Below are positions 1-10,726 of a DNA stretch of 64,000 nucleotides, in pieces (the stretch's first letter is position 1; the number at the start of each line of letters is the position of its first letter). Origin of the DNA: Acidipila sp. (GTDB taxonomy: Bacteria; Acidobacteriota; Terriglobia; Acidiferrales; UBA7541); assembly GCA_010365215.1 (NCBI GenBank), contig JAAFGT010000023.1, positions 30,613-94,612 of the forward strand, read 5' to 3'. The position numbers and the translations under genes were made by a program. The notes under the pieces are model-generated. The model was not told the origin of the DNA and did not search any database. It saw only the letters and a program-made list of their open reading frames with translations.

Positions 1-219
1 ACGGCGTGGCGGCCCTGGCAGACTGCTCATCGCATAGTGCAGAATGATTTTCCGTGCAACCCTTGCCCCGGAGACCGCTGCTACGCTTTCGACGAGCCGC
101 GTTGTATCCTTTCCGTCGCCGTCGAGCAGGTGAAGGAAGCGTGCGCGGCCCTGCTCGACGCGACAGCGGTGGCGCCCGTGCTTCCAGCGGCAGATCTGAC
201 GACGCGAAAGGAATCTTAA
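1..219 (+). CDS. ADP-heptose:LPS heptosyltransferase (GT9 family), C-terminal fragment; 5' end lies outside the window
   Basis: Frame 1 is open from base 1 to TAA at 217-219. The tail FPCNPCPGDRCYAFDEPRCILSVAVEQVKEA looks like the Cys-rich C-terminus of RfaF/RfaC-type heptosyltransferases. The next gene is a heptose-7-P kinase. Confidence 0.5.
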   Translation, partial: TAWRPWQTAHRIVQNDFPCNPCPGDRCYAFDEPRCILSVAVEQVKEACAALLDATAVAPVLPAADLTTRKES

Positions 220-223
220 GCAG

Positions 224-1306
224 ATGTCTCGCCAGAATGAATCTTTGAAAATTTCACGCCCTCGCCTGGTGAGGCGCATCAAGTCCCTCCGTGGACGCCG
301 CTTGGGTGTTCTAGGCGATTTCATGCTCGACCGCTACGTGCTGGGCACGGCGTCGCGGCTCTCGCCCGAAGCAGCTGTGCCAGTGGTGGATTTCGTCGAA
401 GAGAGCGACTGCCTGGGCGGAGCAGGAAACGTGGCAGCCAATCTCGCCGCGCTTGGCGCCAAGGTGGTCTGTTTCGGTGTCGCAGGTACCGACGCCGCTG
501 CCCTCCGGCTGCGCCAACGGCTGCGCGATACGGGCATCGACGACAGCAATATCCTCGGCGACGCCTCGCGCACAACTACGTTGAAGACGCGCATTATCGC
601 GCGCCAGCAGCAAGTGGTTCGCGTGGACCGCGAAACGCGCGCGCCCCTATCCAGGTCACTCGAAGAGAAGCTGATTGGCAGAGTCATGGCCGGGCTGCGC
701 CGCCTTGACGCCCTGGTGGTCTCGGATTACGACAAAGGCGTGGTGAGCGAAGAGCTGGCGTCGCGTGTCCTCAGCGCCTGCGCGCGCCTGAAGATCCCCG
801 TGTTCGTAAAGCCGAAATGGTCCGTGCTGGCCACGTATCCCGGAGCAACGGTAGTTGTTCTAAACCGCGCAGAAGCAGGGTTCCTGGTCACGCGCGCGCT
901 CGACGATGAAGAATCGGTGCGTCAGGCGGGAGAGCAACTGCTCGAAAAATTCAAATGTCAGGCAATCGTTCTGACGCGCGGTCAGCAGGGGCTAAACGTC
1001 TTCGAACAGGGCCAGGCGCGTCCCCTTCATATCTCGGCCACCAGCCGCGATCTTCCTTTTGGTTTGGGCCTCGATCGCCGGCAAGCTGCGCAAGCCGCGG
1101 GCCGCCAGGTGTTCGACGTCACTGGCGCGGGCGATACCGTTCTTGCAACGCTTGCGCTGGCGGTAGCGGCCGGCGCTTCGATCCGCGAGGCCGCAGCGCT
1201 GGGCAACGCCGCCGCAGGAGTGGTGGTTGGAAAACTCGGCACGGGAACTGTCTCTCCCGCAGAATTACTGGCCGCTGTTCAAGAGGCCGCCAGCGCTTCC
1301 GTGTAG
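224..1306 (+). CDS. hldA: D-glycero-beta-D-manno-heptose-7-phosphate kinase (RfaE domain I type, PfkB family), kinase only
   Basis: 360-aa ORF. N-terminus has GVLGDFMLDRYV...VPVV and the C-terminus has the PfkB ATP/anion-hole motif DVTGAGDTV. There is no cytidylyltransferase domain. Confidence 0.85.
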   Translation: MSRQNESLKISRPRLVRRIKSLRGRRLGVLGDFMLDRYVLGTASRLSPEAAVPVVDFVEESDCLGGAGNVAANLAALGAKVVCFGVAGTDAAALRLRQRLRDTGIDDSNILGDASRTTTLKTRIIARQQQVVRVDRETRAPLSRSLEEKLIGRVMAGLRRLDALVVSDYDKGVVSEELASRVLSACARLKIPVFVKPKWSVLATYPGATVVVLNRAEAGFLVTRALDDEESVRQAGEQLLEKFKCQAIVLTRGQQGLNVFEQGQARPLHISATSRDLPFGLGLDRRQAAQAAGRQVFDVTGAGDTVLATLALAVAAGASIREAAALGNAAAGVVVGKLGTGTVSPAELLAAVQEAASASV

Positions 1307-2367
1307 CATTCGATTGTCTTGTCGACCAGGTGGTCCGCCGTGAACCTTGTCGAGATCGTCTCTCTCGCCGCGCGTCCCAGCTGCTCTGCCTTGGCCGGGT
1401 CCCGCAGCAGTCTGACGATTGACGCTGCGAGCTGTTTTGCTTCGGGCGGCGCCGCAATAAGCACGCCGTTGGCGCCATCTTCCAGGATTTCCGGTACGCC
1501 TCCGCTGGCAACAGCAACCACGGGCAGGCCGTGCGCCATCGCTGCCAACAAGGAGCTGCCCAGCGGTTCTTCACGTGATGGAAACAGAAAAATATCCACG
1601 GCCCGATAGACTTCCTCGACCTCTTCGACAAAACCGGCCAGTACGAGTGCACCGGCAATATCCAGCTCTTGCGCGAGCGATTCCAGCCGGCCGCGGCATG
1701 GGCCATCGCCCGCGAGGAGCAGACTGCAGTTTGGAATATGTTTTAATACCTCGGGCATGGCGCGGAGCAGAAGCTCCTGCCCCTTTTCGGGGAGAAGGTA
1801 ACCGACGCATCCGAGCAAAGTATCCCCTGGGGAGATCCGCCAGCGCTGGCGGGCGCTCGCCCGCTCCCCAGGGGTTGGTGGCGGCGGCAGTTCGACTCCG
1901 TCATAAACGACCGCGACTTGCTTCGAATTCAGCCCCGCGGCAAGAACGCTGCGAGCAACAAACTCCGAGACTGCAATGACGCGCCGCGCGGCTCGATATC
2001 GAGCGAGTCCGAACGCGCTGCGGCCCAGGGGATAGGCCACGCGACGCGCAACGATAAGCGCGGCGCATCGGTGAGCGCCGGAGAGCCACGCTACGGTCAA
2101 AGCGTTGGCGTCGTGCGTATGGACAATTTCGAATGGGCGCGCGGCCAAAAGTCTGCGCAGATTCCGCGCCGCGGTCCAGCGCCCCAGTCTGGGAGAATTG
2201 GCATGGACGTGAAAGCCCTCCTGCCTGGCACGCAGGAGTAGCGGCGAATTCTCGAATGCCATTAATTCAGTCGCGTGGCCGCGCGCCCGCAAGCCTCGCA
2301 TGGTGAGAAGTATTTGCTGTTGTCCCCCGCGCCAATCGGGACGCGTATCGAGATGCAGGATGTTCAT
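1279..2367 (-). CDS. Glycosyltransferase family 4 (GT-B fold)
   Basis: 362-aa ORF. The C-terminal sugar-donor region FPSREEPLGSSLLAAMAHGLPVVA is typical of GT4. Its 3' end overlaps hldA convergently by 28 nt. Confidence 0.85.
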   Translation of the reverse strand: MNILHLDTRPDWRGGQQQILLTMRGLRARGHATELMAFENSPLLLRARQEGFHVHANSPRLGRWTAARNLRRLLAARPFEIVHTHDANALTVAWLSGAHRCAALIVARRVAYPLGRSAFGLARYRAARRVIAVSEFVARSVLAAGLNSKQVAVVYDGVELPPPPTPGERASARQRWRISPGDTLLGCVGYLLPEKGQELLLRAMPEVLKHIPNCSLLLAGDGPCRGRLESLAQELDIAGALVLAGFVEEVEEVYRAVDIFLFPSREEPLGSSLLAAMAHGLPVVAVASGGVPEILEDGANGVLIAAPPEAKQLAASIVRLLRDPAKAEQLGRAARETISTRFTADHLVDKTIECYTEALAAS

Positions 2368-2540
2368 CGGCGGTCGTTCAGGATTTGCAGGGTTCAGACG
2401 CGCAGTCTACCACTCTCCCTGAAGAGCGTCGAGAAACCGGCGTCTCCTTTTATGCAACAGACTGCCAGCAGCGGTAAACCGGCGAAATCGTTCGCTTTAT
2501 GGTTTGTTTTGAATGGAGCCGTGAGTATCATCCGGGGCGT

Positions 2541-3419
2541 ATGAGCGCGCTCGCGACGGCATCGGTGTTGATCACAACCTTCAACGATGGAGAAATTCTT
2601 CCGCAGACCCTCGCGGCCTACGCCGTACAGAGCGCCAGCGATTTTGAGATTATCGTCGCGGACGACGGTTCCACCGATGGCTGCGCGGAAGCTCTTCGGG
2701 AATGGGCGCCAAGGTTTCGCCATGGAATCGTTCACGTCTGCCAGGAAAATCGCGGGTTCCGCCGGGCGCGCATCCTCAATCGCGCCGTGCGCGCCAGCCG
2801 CTCCGAGCGGCTCATCTTTACCGACATGGATTGCCTGCCCCACGCCGATTTTGTGCGCAACCATCTGCGCTATCTGGTGCCGGGCACGGCGGTGACCGGG
2901 CGCCGCGCGCATATCGCCCGCGAAGCAATTCCGTCTCCGGAAAGGATCTTGAACGAAGGCCTTGGTCTGGGTCCCGGCCGGCTACTGTGGCTGTGGCTGC
3001 GCGGGAAAGCCCGCGTGATCGAACACGGATTCGTCTCCCCGTTCTTTTACGAGGCATCGTCGAATAGCATTCTGGGGAGCAACTTCTCCATCTGCGGGAA
3101 AGATTTTGACGCGGTGAACGGCTTCAGCGAAGAGTTTGAGGGATGGGGAGGAGAGGACACCGACCTGGGCCAGCGAATTGTGCGCAACGGCGTGCACCTG
3201 CGAAACCTGCGAAATAAAGTTGTGCAGTTTCATGTAGTTCACGCGCAAAGGAAAGAGGATGCCTCGCGGATTTTCGCGGTGCTCGAAAGAAACGCGCGTG
3301 AGCGAATAACGCGTGCGCCGGTGGGCCTGTCCGAAGTTCGAGAAGGTGACTTCGAAGTGGCGCGTTATTCCGGGAGCGCGATGGAAAATGCTGAGGAGAA
3401 AATTACGGAGCGAAGCTGA
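2541..3419 (+). CDS. Glycosyltransferase family 2
   Basis: Has SVLITTFNDGE...FEIIVADDGSTDG (GT-A fold with a DxD-type motif). Start moved to ATG 2541 (MSALATASVLITT); the track ORF begins at 2499. Confidence 0.8.
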   Translation: MSALATASVLITTFNDGEILPQTLAAYAVQSASDFEIIVADDGSTDGCAEALREWAPRFRHGIVHVCQENRGFRRARILNRAVRASRSERLIFTDMDCLPHADFVRNHLRYLVPGTAVTGRRAHIAREAIPSPERILNEGLGLGPGRLLWLWLRGKARVIEHGFVSPFFYEASSNSILGSNFSICGKDFDAVNGFSEEFEGWGGEDTDLGQRIVRNGVHLRNLRNKVVQFHVVHAQRKEDASRIFAVLERNARERITRAPVGLSEVREGDFEVARYSGSAMENAEEKITERS

Positions 3420-3849
3420 TTGCCTGATCGCTCCGCTCCACCCACAACCGGACTTCCTTGTTGGAACGGCCCTTTTCAAAGTCTTGATCGGAAGGGAAGG
3501 GAGCGAAGCGGCTGAGCTCGACGGCGATCACCACGCCGCTGGCATTCTTGCGCATGTTCGCGCTGGCGATGTGATAGCTCTTTACCGGGCCAAATTCGCC
3601 GGTGGGTCCCCAGTCGGAGAGGAAGTCCTGATAGGAATAACGGGCATTGGGCTTCCACAGCCTATACGCCTGTGGCAAATCTCCCGCTGCCACCGTGTTC
3701 AGAAACACCGCGACGGTCTTTTTCTCGGCATGATATCGGAGCGCGTAGGCTACGCCCCCGGAAACCAGAGCGATAAACACAATCAGAGTGATAAGGTAGC
3801 GGCGCAGCTTGGTGTGGGGCTCTTCCGCGCCGCCGTCGAACAGTCCCAA
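3403..3849 (-). CDS. Hypothetical membrane-anchored protein
   Basis: 148-aa ORF with one N-terminal TM helix (YLITLIVFIALVSGGVAYAL) and GC3-rich codons. No family recognised. It overlaps the GT2 3' end by 17 nt. Confidence 0.5.
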   Translation of the reverse strand: MGLFDGGAEEPHTKLRRYLITLIVFIALVSGGVAYALRYHAEKKTVAVFLNTVAAGDLPQAYRLWKPNARYSYQDFLSDWGPTGEFGPVKSYHIASANMRKNASGVVIAVELSRFAPFPSDQDFEKGRSNKEVRLWVERSDQAISFAP

Positions 3850-4018
3850 GGTTTCCTCCGGTGGTGGGCCGCGAGATGCAACTGCGCGGCGGAATCCCGC
3901 GCGTAAATTCCATCGCCGACCTCATCGAACCCTAACAGCAGCAGCGCGAGTTTGCAAATTCGCAGCGCGCAGATGAAACGGAACTCCCCCGCCCGATGGA
4001 CGATAACGACGTAGGCTT

Positions 4019-5164
4019 TTACGCAGCGCAGAACCGGCGCACGCTTTCCACCAGGACGTGCGCGCAACGAACTACAGAATCGAAATCAACCCACTCCACT
4101 GCCTCGTGCGCCCCGGCTCCTCCAGGGCCAAAATTCACTGAAGGGATGCCCGCCGCCGCAAACAGCGCCGCATCCATCCAGTATTGCACACCGATTTCTT
4201 CAGGCGGGCTTCCCTGCACCTGAGTTGCAGCATCGCGCACCGCGCGGGCAATTTTCGAATCGCGGTCGCAGGTGAGCGGTGGCCGATCCATCAGGGAACG
4301 AACTTCCGCCTGCTCGCCGGCGCTCTCGACTACGCTGCGAATTTCCTGCAGTACCTCGGCCGTCGCTTCGCCTGGCAGGGTGCGCCGTTCAATCTTCAGG
4401 GTACATTTTTCCGAATACGTGCTAAACCCGGAGCCGCCGTCGACCAGGGCGCAATGTTGCGACGCCGGACCCAGCAGAGGATGGCGGCGGCTGCGTAATT
4501 CTTCCTTATCGAACTTTTCCAGCGCGGCGATGATTCGGCCCATCTTGCCGATGGCGCTAACTCCCAGATCCCAGCGGCTGCCGTGTGCGGCGTGGCCGGT
4601 GGTGACTACTTGCACCCACACAAATCCTTTGTGCCCGAGAACCAGACGGCCTTCGCTGGGCTCGGTAAGAATGCAGGCGTCGGCTTTATGACGTTTGACG
4701 AAATCTTGCGCGCCGATGCTCGCGTATTCCTCATCGGCCACCAGAGCCACGAGTGCGCGACCCGGAAATTCTTCCTTTGCCAAGGCTGCGGCCGCGCTCA
4801 TCAATGCCGCGGCGCTTCCTTTCATGTCGTAGCTGCCGCGGCCGTAAACTTTGTTGCCCTCGACGCGTGGCTCGAACGGAGGAATGGTCATCCCGGCGGT
4901 GGCCACGGTATCAAGGTGCGCGCAGAAAACGACAGTTGGCCCACGGCCATTGCCGACCTCGGCGACCGCGTTGGGACGTCCCGGCGCTGCCTCTTCGAGC
5001 CAGCTATGGATACCTTGCATGGCAAACCAATCGCGCGCCGCAGTTGCCACAGCAGTTTCGCCATGGCCTTCGTCCGGAGCGAGGCTGGGATTCACCGAAG
5101 GTGTTCGAATCAGCAGTTGTAGAACTTCGAGAATTGCAGATGGCGAGAGTGGATGCACGATCAT
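4019..5164 (-). CDS. M20 family metallopeptidase (ArgE/DapE/acetylornithine deacetylase-like)
   Basis: Motifs FCAHLDTV, GRGSYDMKGSAAA, ADEEYASIGA and TGHAAHGS. Start trimmed to MIVHPLSP (ATG 5164), 13 nt after the ddl stop. The upstream 40 codons of the track ORF overlap ddl. Confidence 0.8.
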   Translation of the reverse strand: MIVHPLSPSAILEVLQLLIRTPSVNPSLAPDEGHGETAVATAARDWFAMQGIHSWLEEAAPGRPNAVAEVGNGRGPTVVFCAHLDTVATAGMTIPPFEPRVEGNKVYGRGSYDMKGSAAALMSAAAALAKEEFPGRALVALVADEEYASIGAQDFVKRHKADACILTEPSEGRLVLGHKGFVWVQVVTTGHAAHGSRWDLGVSAIGKMGRIIAALEKFDKEELRSRRHPLLGPASQHCALVDGGSGFSTYSEKCTLKIERRTLPGEATAEVLQEIRSVVESAGEQAEVRSLMDRPPLTCDRDSKIARAVRDAATQVQGSPPEEIGVQYWMDAALFAAAGIPSVNFGPGGAGAHEAVEWVDFDSVVRCAHVLVESVRRFCAA

Positions 5165-5177
5165 AAAACACCCACGC

Positions 5178-6320
5178 TTAGCCTTCCAGCGCGCCGGCGG
5201 CACCGTCGGGAAGGTCGATGGCATATTTCGTGCGCACTTTCTCCTGCTGCTGCTCAAGGGCCAACTGCACCAGGCGATCCACAAGTTGCCCGTAGGGAAG
5301 CCCGGTGGCTTCCCAGAGTTTCGGATACATGCTGATGGAGGTGAAACCGGGAATGGTATTCACTTCATTCACAAAAATCTTTCCGCCGCGCTTTTCGAGG
5401 AAGAAATCCACGCGGGCCATGCCGCGGCCGTCGATGGAGCGAAACGCGCGCCTGGCGTAGTCCTGGAATTTGCGGATTTGCGCGGGCGTGAGCTTGGCGG
5501 GAATCTCGAGCCGCGTGCCTTCCTCTAAATACTTCGCCGTATAATCGTAAAATTCGCGGTGCGGCACTACCTCGCCGGGAATGGAGACTTCAATCTGCTC
5601 ATTCCCCAGCACGGCAAGCTCGATCTCGCGCGCGCGCACGGCGCGTTCCACGATAATCTTTTGCGCGAACTCGGCAGCCAGGTTCATCCCGGCGGGAAGT
5701 TCCCGGGCATGGTGCACCTTGGTCATGCCCACGGAGGAACCGAGCGTAGCGGGTTTTATGAACACGGGATAACGCAGCTTCTTCGCCACGTTCGCGGAAA
5801 CGGTTTTCGGGTCGCTCTCCCACTCGTTGCGTGAAACCGCCAGGAATTCGACGATGGGAATTCCCGCGTCGCGGAAGAGCCGCTTCTGCAGATCCTTGTC
5901 CATGCCCACAGCCGAGGCCAGAACGCCGGCTCCGACATAGGGAATTCCCGCAAGCTCGAGCAGGCCCTGCACGGTGCCATCTTCGCCGTAGGTCCCATGC
6001 AGCACGGGGAAAATGACGTCCAGGCGCAATCCCGGCTGCCCCGTCGATGCACCCAGCGAAACCAGCGCCGCGACGCTGGGGTCCGCCGGCAGCATCACGC
6101 GCAGGCCTTTCTTCAGGACTTCCGGAAGCAGCTTGAGCGCGCCTGCGCCTGCCAGCCACCGCCCGTCCTTGGTAATGCCGATGGGCACGGCTTCGTATTT
6201 TTCCGGATCCAGCGCCCGCATCACCGACGATGCGGAGGCGATGGAGACTTCATGTTCGCCGGAGCGTCCACCGAACAGTATTCCCACCCGAAGACGCCGA
6301 AAGTCTTTTTTCTCCGCCAT
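5178..6320 (-). CDS. ddl: D-alanine--D-alanine ligase
   Basis: 380 aa. Has [35 protein letters not shown] and a C-terminal ATP-grasp EVNTIPGFT motif. Confidence 0.95.
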   Translation of the reverse strand: MAEKKDFRRLRVGILFGGRSGEHEVSIASASSVMRALDPEKYEAVPIGITKDGRWLAGAGALKLLPEVLKKGLRVMLPADPSVAALVSLGASTGQPGLRLDVIFPVLHGTYGEDGTVQGLLELAGIPYVGAGVLASAVGMDKDLQKRLFRDAGIPIVEFLAVSRNEWESDPKTVSANVAKKLRYPVFIKPATLGSSVGMTKVHHARELPAGMNLAAEFAQKIIVERAVRAREIELAVLGNEQIEVSIPGEVVPHREFYDYTAKYLEEGTRLEIPAKLTPAQIRKFQDYARRAFRSIDGRGMARVDFFLEKRGGKIFVNEVNTIPGFTSISMYPKLWEATGLPYGQLVDRLVQLALEQQQEKVRTKYAIDLPDGAAGALEG

Positions 6321-6343
6321 GGTTATCTCTTTTTTGGGCAGGC

Positions 6344-7255
6344 TTACAGGATTTTCTTTCCTAGACCGGAGAGCAGCAGTTCCACGCCGAGAACCGCGGT
6401 CTGATTATGATGGTCGATAACCGGATTGACCTCGACAACCTCGAGCGAAACTACGCCTTTGCTGTCCGCGAGCATCTCCATGGCCAGGTGCGCCTCCCGG
6501 TAGGTGACGCCGCCGCGGACCGGAGTGCCCACGCCGGGGGCATCCGAGGGATCCACGAAATCAAGATCAAGGCTGACCGCCACGCCGTCGGTATCATCGT
6601 TGGCGAAGCGCAGTGCCTCCGCCATCACCTCGCGCATGCCGCGCTCGTCCAGGTCGCGCATTGTGAAAACGTGCACACCGGACTCCTTGATAATGCGCTT
6701 CTCTTTGGAGTCGATATCCCGCGCGCCGACCAGGCACACGTTGCGGGGATTCACCATTGGCTTGGGTCCCACCAGATCGGTCAGCTCGGGCGCCCCAAAG
6801 CCGACGATCGACGCCAGAGGCATGCCGTGAATATTTCCCGAAGGCGAAGTGTCCGGAGTATTCATGTCCGCGTGCGCGTCCAGCCACACCAGGCCGATGC
6901 GCTTTTCTTTTTTCTGGAAATACCGCGAGACGCCCCCCATGGTGCCCACGGCGATGGAATGGTCTCCGCCCATGACGATGGGAATCATTCCTTCCTCGAG
7001 CGATTTTTCGACGATGTCGGCCAGGCCCTGGCAGGTCTCGGCGATCTCGTTCAGGTATTTCGCTTTCTTCTCGCCGTAGTGCTGCTCTTCCGGCTGTTTC
7101 ACGGGGATGTTTCCGATGTCTTCAAGATGGAGGCCCATCTGTTTGATGTGCGTGGCCAGTCCCCCCACGCGCAACGCCGAGGGGCCCATATCCACCCCGC
7201 GGCGGCTGGCGCCTAGGTCCATCGGCACACCGATGATGCGAACTTTTTGCGGCAT
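6344..7255 (-). CDS. rocF: Arginase
   Basis: 303 aa. All canonical ureohydrolase Mn motifs are intact: [21 protein letters not shown] and SLDLDFVDP. Confidence 0.9.
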   Translation of the reverse strand: MPQKVRIIGVPMDLGASRRGVDMGPSALRVGGLATHIKQMGLHLEDIGNIPVKQPEEQHYGEKKAKYLNEIAETCQGLADIVEKSLEEGMIPIVMGGDHSIAVGTMGGVSRYFQKKEKRIGLVWLDAHADMNTPDTSPSGNIHGMPLASIVGFGAPELTDLVGPKPMVNPRNVCLVGARDIDSKEKRIIKESGVHVFTMRDLDERGMREVMAEALRFANDDTDGVAVSLDLDFVDPSDAPGVGTPVRGGVTYREAHLAMEMLADSKGVVSLEVVEVNPVIDHHNQTAVLGVELLLSGLGKKIL

Positions 7256-7322
7256 AAGAGCCTTTTGTGAAATTCCTCGAACCGATCAGGCCACCGGAGC
7301 AAAACGGCGTCCCCAAGCGCCC

Positions 7323-8627
7323 TTAAGGATATATGCGATACAGCAGCCGGGGGAAGGGGATGACCTCGCGGATGTGCGAAGTCCCGCATATCCATGCGAT
7401 TGTGCGTTCCAGGCCCAGCCCAAAGCCCGCGTGCGGGACGCTGCCGTAACGCCGCAGGTCGAGGTACCACTTGAAAGCGTCCTCGGGCAGGTTGTGTTCG
7501 CGCACGCGCTTCAGCAGCAGGTCGTAGCTGGAGACGCGCTCGCCGCCACCCATGATCTCGCCGTAACCCTCCGGAGCCAGCATGTCAAATCCCAATGCCA
7601 ACTCAGGCCGCTGGGGATCGGGCTCCATGTAAAACGCTTTAATCGACGCCGGATAGCGGTGAATAATAACCGGGCGGTCGAATTGAGAAGACAGCACAGT
7701 CTCGTCTTCGCCGCCAAAATCATCGCCCCACTTCGCCGCTTTGCCGTTTTTCTGAAGGGTCACGACGGCATCGTCGTAGAGCATGCGTGGAAAAGGCGGC
7801 ACCACTGCGGCCAGCTTAGTCACATCGCGGCTCAGGGTCTCCAGCTCGCGAGGGCGGTTCTTCACTACCGACTGCACCATGTGCGAGACCAGCCCTTCTC
7901 CCAGAACCATCATGTCTTCCAGGTGCGCGTAGGCGGCTTCCGGCTCGAGCATCCAAAATTCCGTGAGATGCCGCCGCGTCTTCGATTTCTCCGCGCGGAA
8001 TACCGGACCGAAGCAGTAGACCTTGCCCAGGGCAGCAGCCGTAGCCTCCAGGTAAAGCTGGCCTGATTGGGTCAGATAAGCCTTCTCGTCGTCGATATAG
8101 CTGACCTCGAAAAGCGTGGTGGTGCCTTCACACGCCGAGGGCGTAAACATCGGCGAATCGGTGAGCGTGTAACCCTGGCTGTCCATGAAGTTTCTGGCGG
8201 CGTGGATGGCTTCGGCGCGAATACGCAAAATGGCCGCCTGCCGCGGCGCGCGCATCCACAGATGGCGATTCTCCAGCAGGAAGTCGGTGCCGTGCTCCTT
8301 GAGCTGGATGGGATAGGGATCGCCATCGGCGATGCGCTGCACCACCTGCACCTCGGAGACGTGCAGCTCGTGGCCGCCGGGGGCGCGCGCATCGGGCCGC
8401 ACGGTTCCGGTGACGATGCAGCTCGACTCCTGCGTCAAGTTCTTCAAGGCTTCGTACGCAGCAGGGCTCTCTTTCAGCGAGCAGACGCCCTGCATGATGC
8501 CGGTGCCGTCGCGAAAAATCGGAAAGAGCAATTTCCCCGCGTCACGCTGGTTGTAGAGCCAGCCGCGCAATGTTACCGACTCGCCGGAATGCCGCCCGGC
8601 CTCTTCAATTGAAATGATGGGGGCCAT
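7323..8627 (-). CDS. asnS: Asparagine--tRNA ligase
   Basis: 434 aa, collinear with my memory of Thermus AsnRS: [69 protein letters not shown]...IPFPR. Confidence 0.9.
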   Translation of the reverse strand: MAPIISIEEAGRHSGESVTLRGWLYNQRDAGKLLFPIFRDGTGIMQGVCSLKESPAAYEALKNLTQESSCIVTGTVRPDARAPGGHELHVSEVQVVQRIADGDPYPIQLKEHGTDFLLENRHLWMRAPRQAAILRIRAEAIHAARNFMDSQGYTLTDSPMFTPSACEGTTTLFEVSYIDDEKAYLTQSGQLYLEATAAALGKVYCFGPVFRAEKSKTRRHLTEFWMLEPEAAYAHLEDMMVLGEGLVSHMVQSVVKNRPRELETLSRDVTKLAAVVPPFPRMLYDDAVVTLQKNGKAAKWGDDFGGEDETVLSSQFDRPVIIHRYPASIKAFYMEPDPQRPELALGFDMLAPEGYGEIMGGGERVSSYDLLLKRVREHNLPEDAFKWYLDLRRYGSVPHAGFGLGLERTIAWICGTSHIREVIPFPRLLYRIYP

Positions 8628-8645
8628 ATTAGATATGAGCTCGCT

Positions 8646-10619
8646 TCACTGTGGTCTCATCTCCAGTTTAGGATTTCGTTCCGTTTGTATTGCCCAGCGC
8701 ACTGGCGCGGGCAGACCCATCGCCGCGCCTTCCCGCCGGGCATCGGCTGCACCCAGCCGGTCGCCAGTGGCCGGGTCGATAGCCACGGCTTCCACTTCGC
8801 CGATCCACGTGCGCACTTTGACGGTGTGTCCTCGCGCCTCAAGATTTCGGACCACAGCTTCGGGCAGCGTATCTTCCACATACAAAACGTCCGGCATCCA
8901 CTGGTGATGGAAACGGGGTGCGTTAATCGCCGCTTGAGGATCCATGCCCAGGCGCATCCAGTTGAGCACGGCGAGCAGCGTGGCAGAAATAATTCGCGGG
9001 CCTCCGGGAGAGCCGGCCACAAAGCTTAGCTTACCGTCACGCAACAAAATCACCGGCGTCATGGAGCTGACCGGGCGCTTACCAGGCGCAATTGCATTGG
9101 CATCCGATTGCACAAGTCCGAACAGTTTGTTGGCCGTGCCGGGCTGGGTGGTGAAGTCGTCCATGGTGTCGTTCAGCAGAAATCCGTCCGACACCGTAAT
9201 CGCCGCCCCAAAGCTGTCGTTAAGGGTGAAGGTGTTGGCCACGGCGTTGCCTGCCGAATCCACGATGGAAAAATGAGTGGTGTCGTCCGAATGCGCAAGT
9301 TCGCGCTCGCTCCAGCGCATCGGCTCCAACGCGCCACGCGGGGACGCTCCTTCCACTTGCCTCCACCCCACCGGCTGGCCCGGCGCCTCAAACGGAGCAG
9401 GGTTCCCGGCGTGAATTTCCGCGGAGGAGGACGCTCGCTGCGGATCGATCGACGCGCGCCGCTCGGCCGCATATCTGGGATCGGTGAGTCCGCGCACGGG
9501 CACAGCGTTGAAATCATCGTCGGCCAGGTATGCAGCGCGGTCGGCGAAGACTCGACGCATGGTCTCCGCAATCCAGTGCACGGTTTGCGGATCTTCCACG
9601 GATTTCAAATCGATCGGCGCGAGGATCTGCAGCGCGCTGATCACCGCTATACCTCCCGAGCTAGGCGGCGGCGCGGTGACCACTTCCCATTCGCTGCCGG
9701 CGATGCTGGTTTGGAGGGAATTGCCGCTGTATTTCGCGTGGAGCGGCTGGCGCACCTTCACCTTGTAGTCAGCGAGATCTCGCGTGGTGAGAATGCCGCC
9801 CATCCTGTGCACTTCGCCAGCAAGGTGGCGCGCGGTGACACCTTTGTAAAACTCCGCAGCGCCGCCACGCGAAATCCGTCGCAGTGTGCGCGCGAGCTCG
9901 GGCTGGCGAAACGTGTCGCCCGGCTTATACAGTGCGCCGCCGTGTAGAAATATCCGCTTCGATATAGGGAATTGCCCCAAACGCGCCCGGCCCGCGCCGA
10001 GCGTGCGCGCCAACTTCTCGCTAACCGGAAAGCCCTCTGCGGCCAAGCGGATCGCCGGCGCCATCGCCTGTGCAAGCTTCATCGTGCCAAATTTGCTCAG
10101 CGCCATCTCCATCCCTGCGACCGTGCCCGGGACGGCGACCGCGCGAGCGCCCAGCGTAGCCGCCTCGGCATCGAGCGAGCCATCGCTCCGCAGATACATG
10201 TCGCGGCGGGCGGCGCCCGGCGCGGTCTCGCGATAGTCGAGAAACGCTTCGCGCCCATCCGCCATGCGCACCAGCATAAACCCGCCACCGCCGATGTTGC
10301 CTGCCTCGGGTAACACCACGGCGAGTGCGAAGCCCACGGCCACGGCGGCATCCACCGCGTTGCCGCCACGCTTCAGTATTTCGATTCCCACTTCGCAGGC
10401 CCGGCGCTCATCGGTTACCACCATGGCTTGCTTCGCGCGAACAGAGGCTGCCGGCCACTTCGGGTCGGCGGTCTCGCCGGCCTCAAAATCCCGCTCCACG
10501 GGCACCCGCTGGGGAGTCGCCTGCTGCGCGCGCACAGTCGTCAGGTAATTTAGGGATATTAGTGTCACGGGGGCGCCGAGGGCGGTGCACAGCAGCAAAG
10601 TTGAGATTCGCCAGCGCAT
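8646..10619 (-). CDS. ggt: Gamma-glutamyltransferase
   Basis: 657 aa with a signal peptide. Has GGNAVDAAVA and GGGGFMLV, and the autoprocessing/nucleophile segment DDTTHFSIVDSAGNAV. It is longer than typical GGTs, with extra residues just before the catalytic Thr. Confidence 0.9.
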   Translation of the reverse strand: MRWRISTLLLCTALGAPVTLISLNYLTTVRAQQATPQRVPVERDFEAGETADPKWPAASVRAKQAMVVTDERRACEVGIEILKRGGNAVDAAVAVGFALAVVLPEAGNIGGGGFMLVRMADGREAFLDYRETAPGAARRDMYLRSDGSLDAEAATLGARAVAVPGTVAGMEMALSKFGTMKLAQAMAPAIRLAAEGFPVSEKLARTLGAGRARLGQFPISKRIFLHGGALYKPGDTFRQPELARTLRRISRGGAAEFYKGVTARHLAGEVHRMGGILTTRDLADYKVKVRQPLHAKYSGNSLQTSIAGSEWEVVTAPPPSSGGIAVISALQILAPIDLKSVEDPQTVHWIAETMRRVFADRAAYLADDDFNAVPVRGLTDPRYAAERRASIDPQRASSSAEIHAGNPAPFEAPGQPVGWRQVEGASPRGALEPMRWSERELAHSDDTTHFSIVDSAGNAVANTFTLNDSFGAAITVSDGFLLNDTMDDFTTQPGTANKLFGLVQSDANAIAPGKRPVSSMTPVILLRDGKLSFVAGSPGGPRIISATLLAVLNWMRLGMDPQAAINAPRFHHQWMPDVLYVEDTLPEAVVRNLEARGHTVKVRTWIGEVEAVAIDPATGDRLGAADARREGAAMGLPAPVRWAIQTERNPKLEMRPQ

Positions 10620-10700
10620 GGGAAACTCGCAACTGTAAGCGAAAGAAACAACGCGGTCAAGGCAACGGCGGGGCCAGCACGGAAAGCCGGAACGAAAGGC

Positions 10701-10724
10701 TCAAGATCGAACTGCTGCGATCTT
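10701..10724 (-). terminator. Hairpin directly after the metE C-half stop (possible intrinsic terminator)
   Basis: Perfect 8-bp inverted repeat CAAGATCG (10701-10708) / CGATCTTG (10717-10724) with an 8-nt loop, starting 2 nt after the stop at 10727-10729. The downstream U-tract on the minus strand is weak (AGCCUUUCGU). Confidence 0.4.
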
Positions 10725-10726
10725 GC

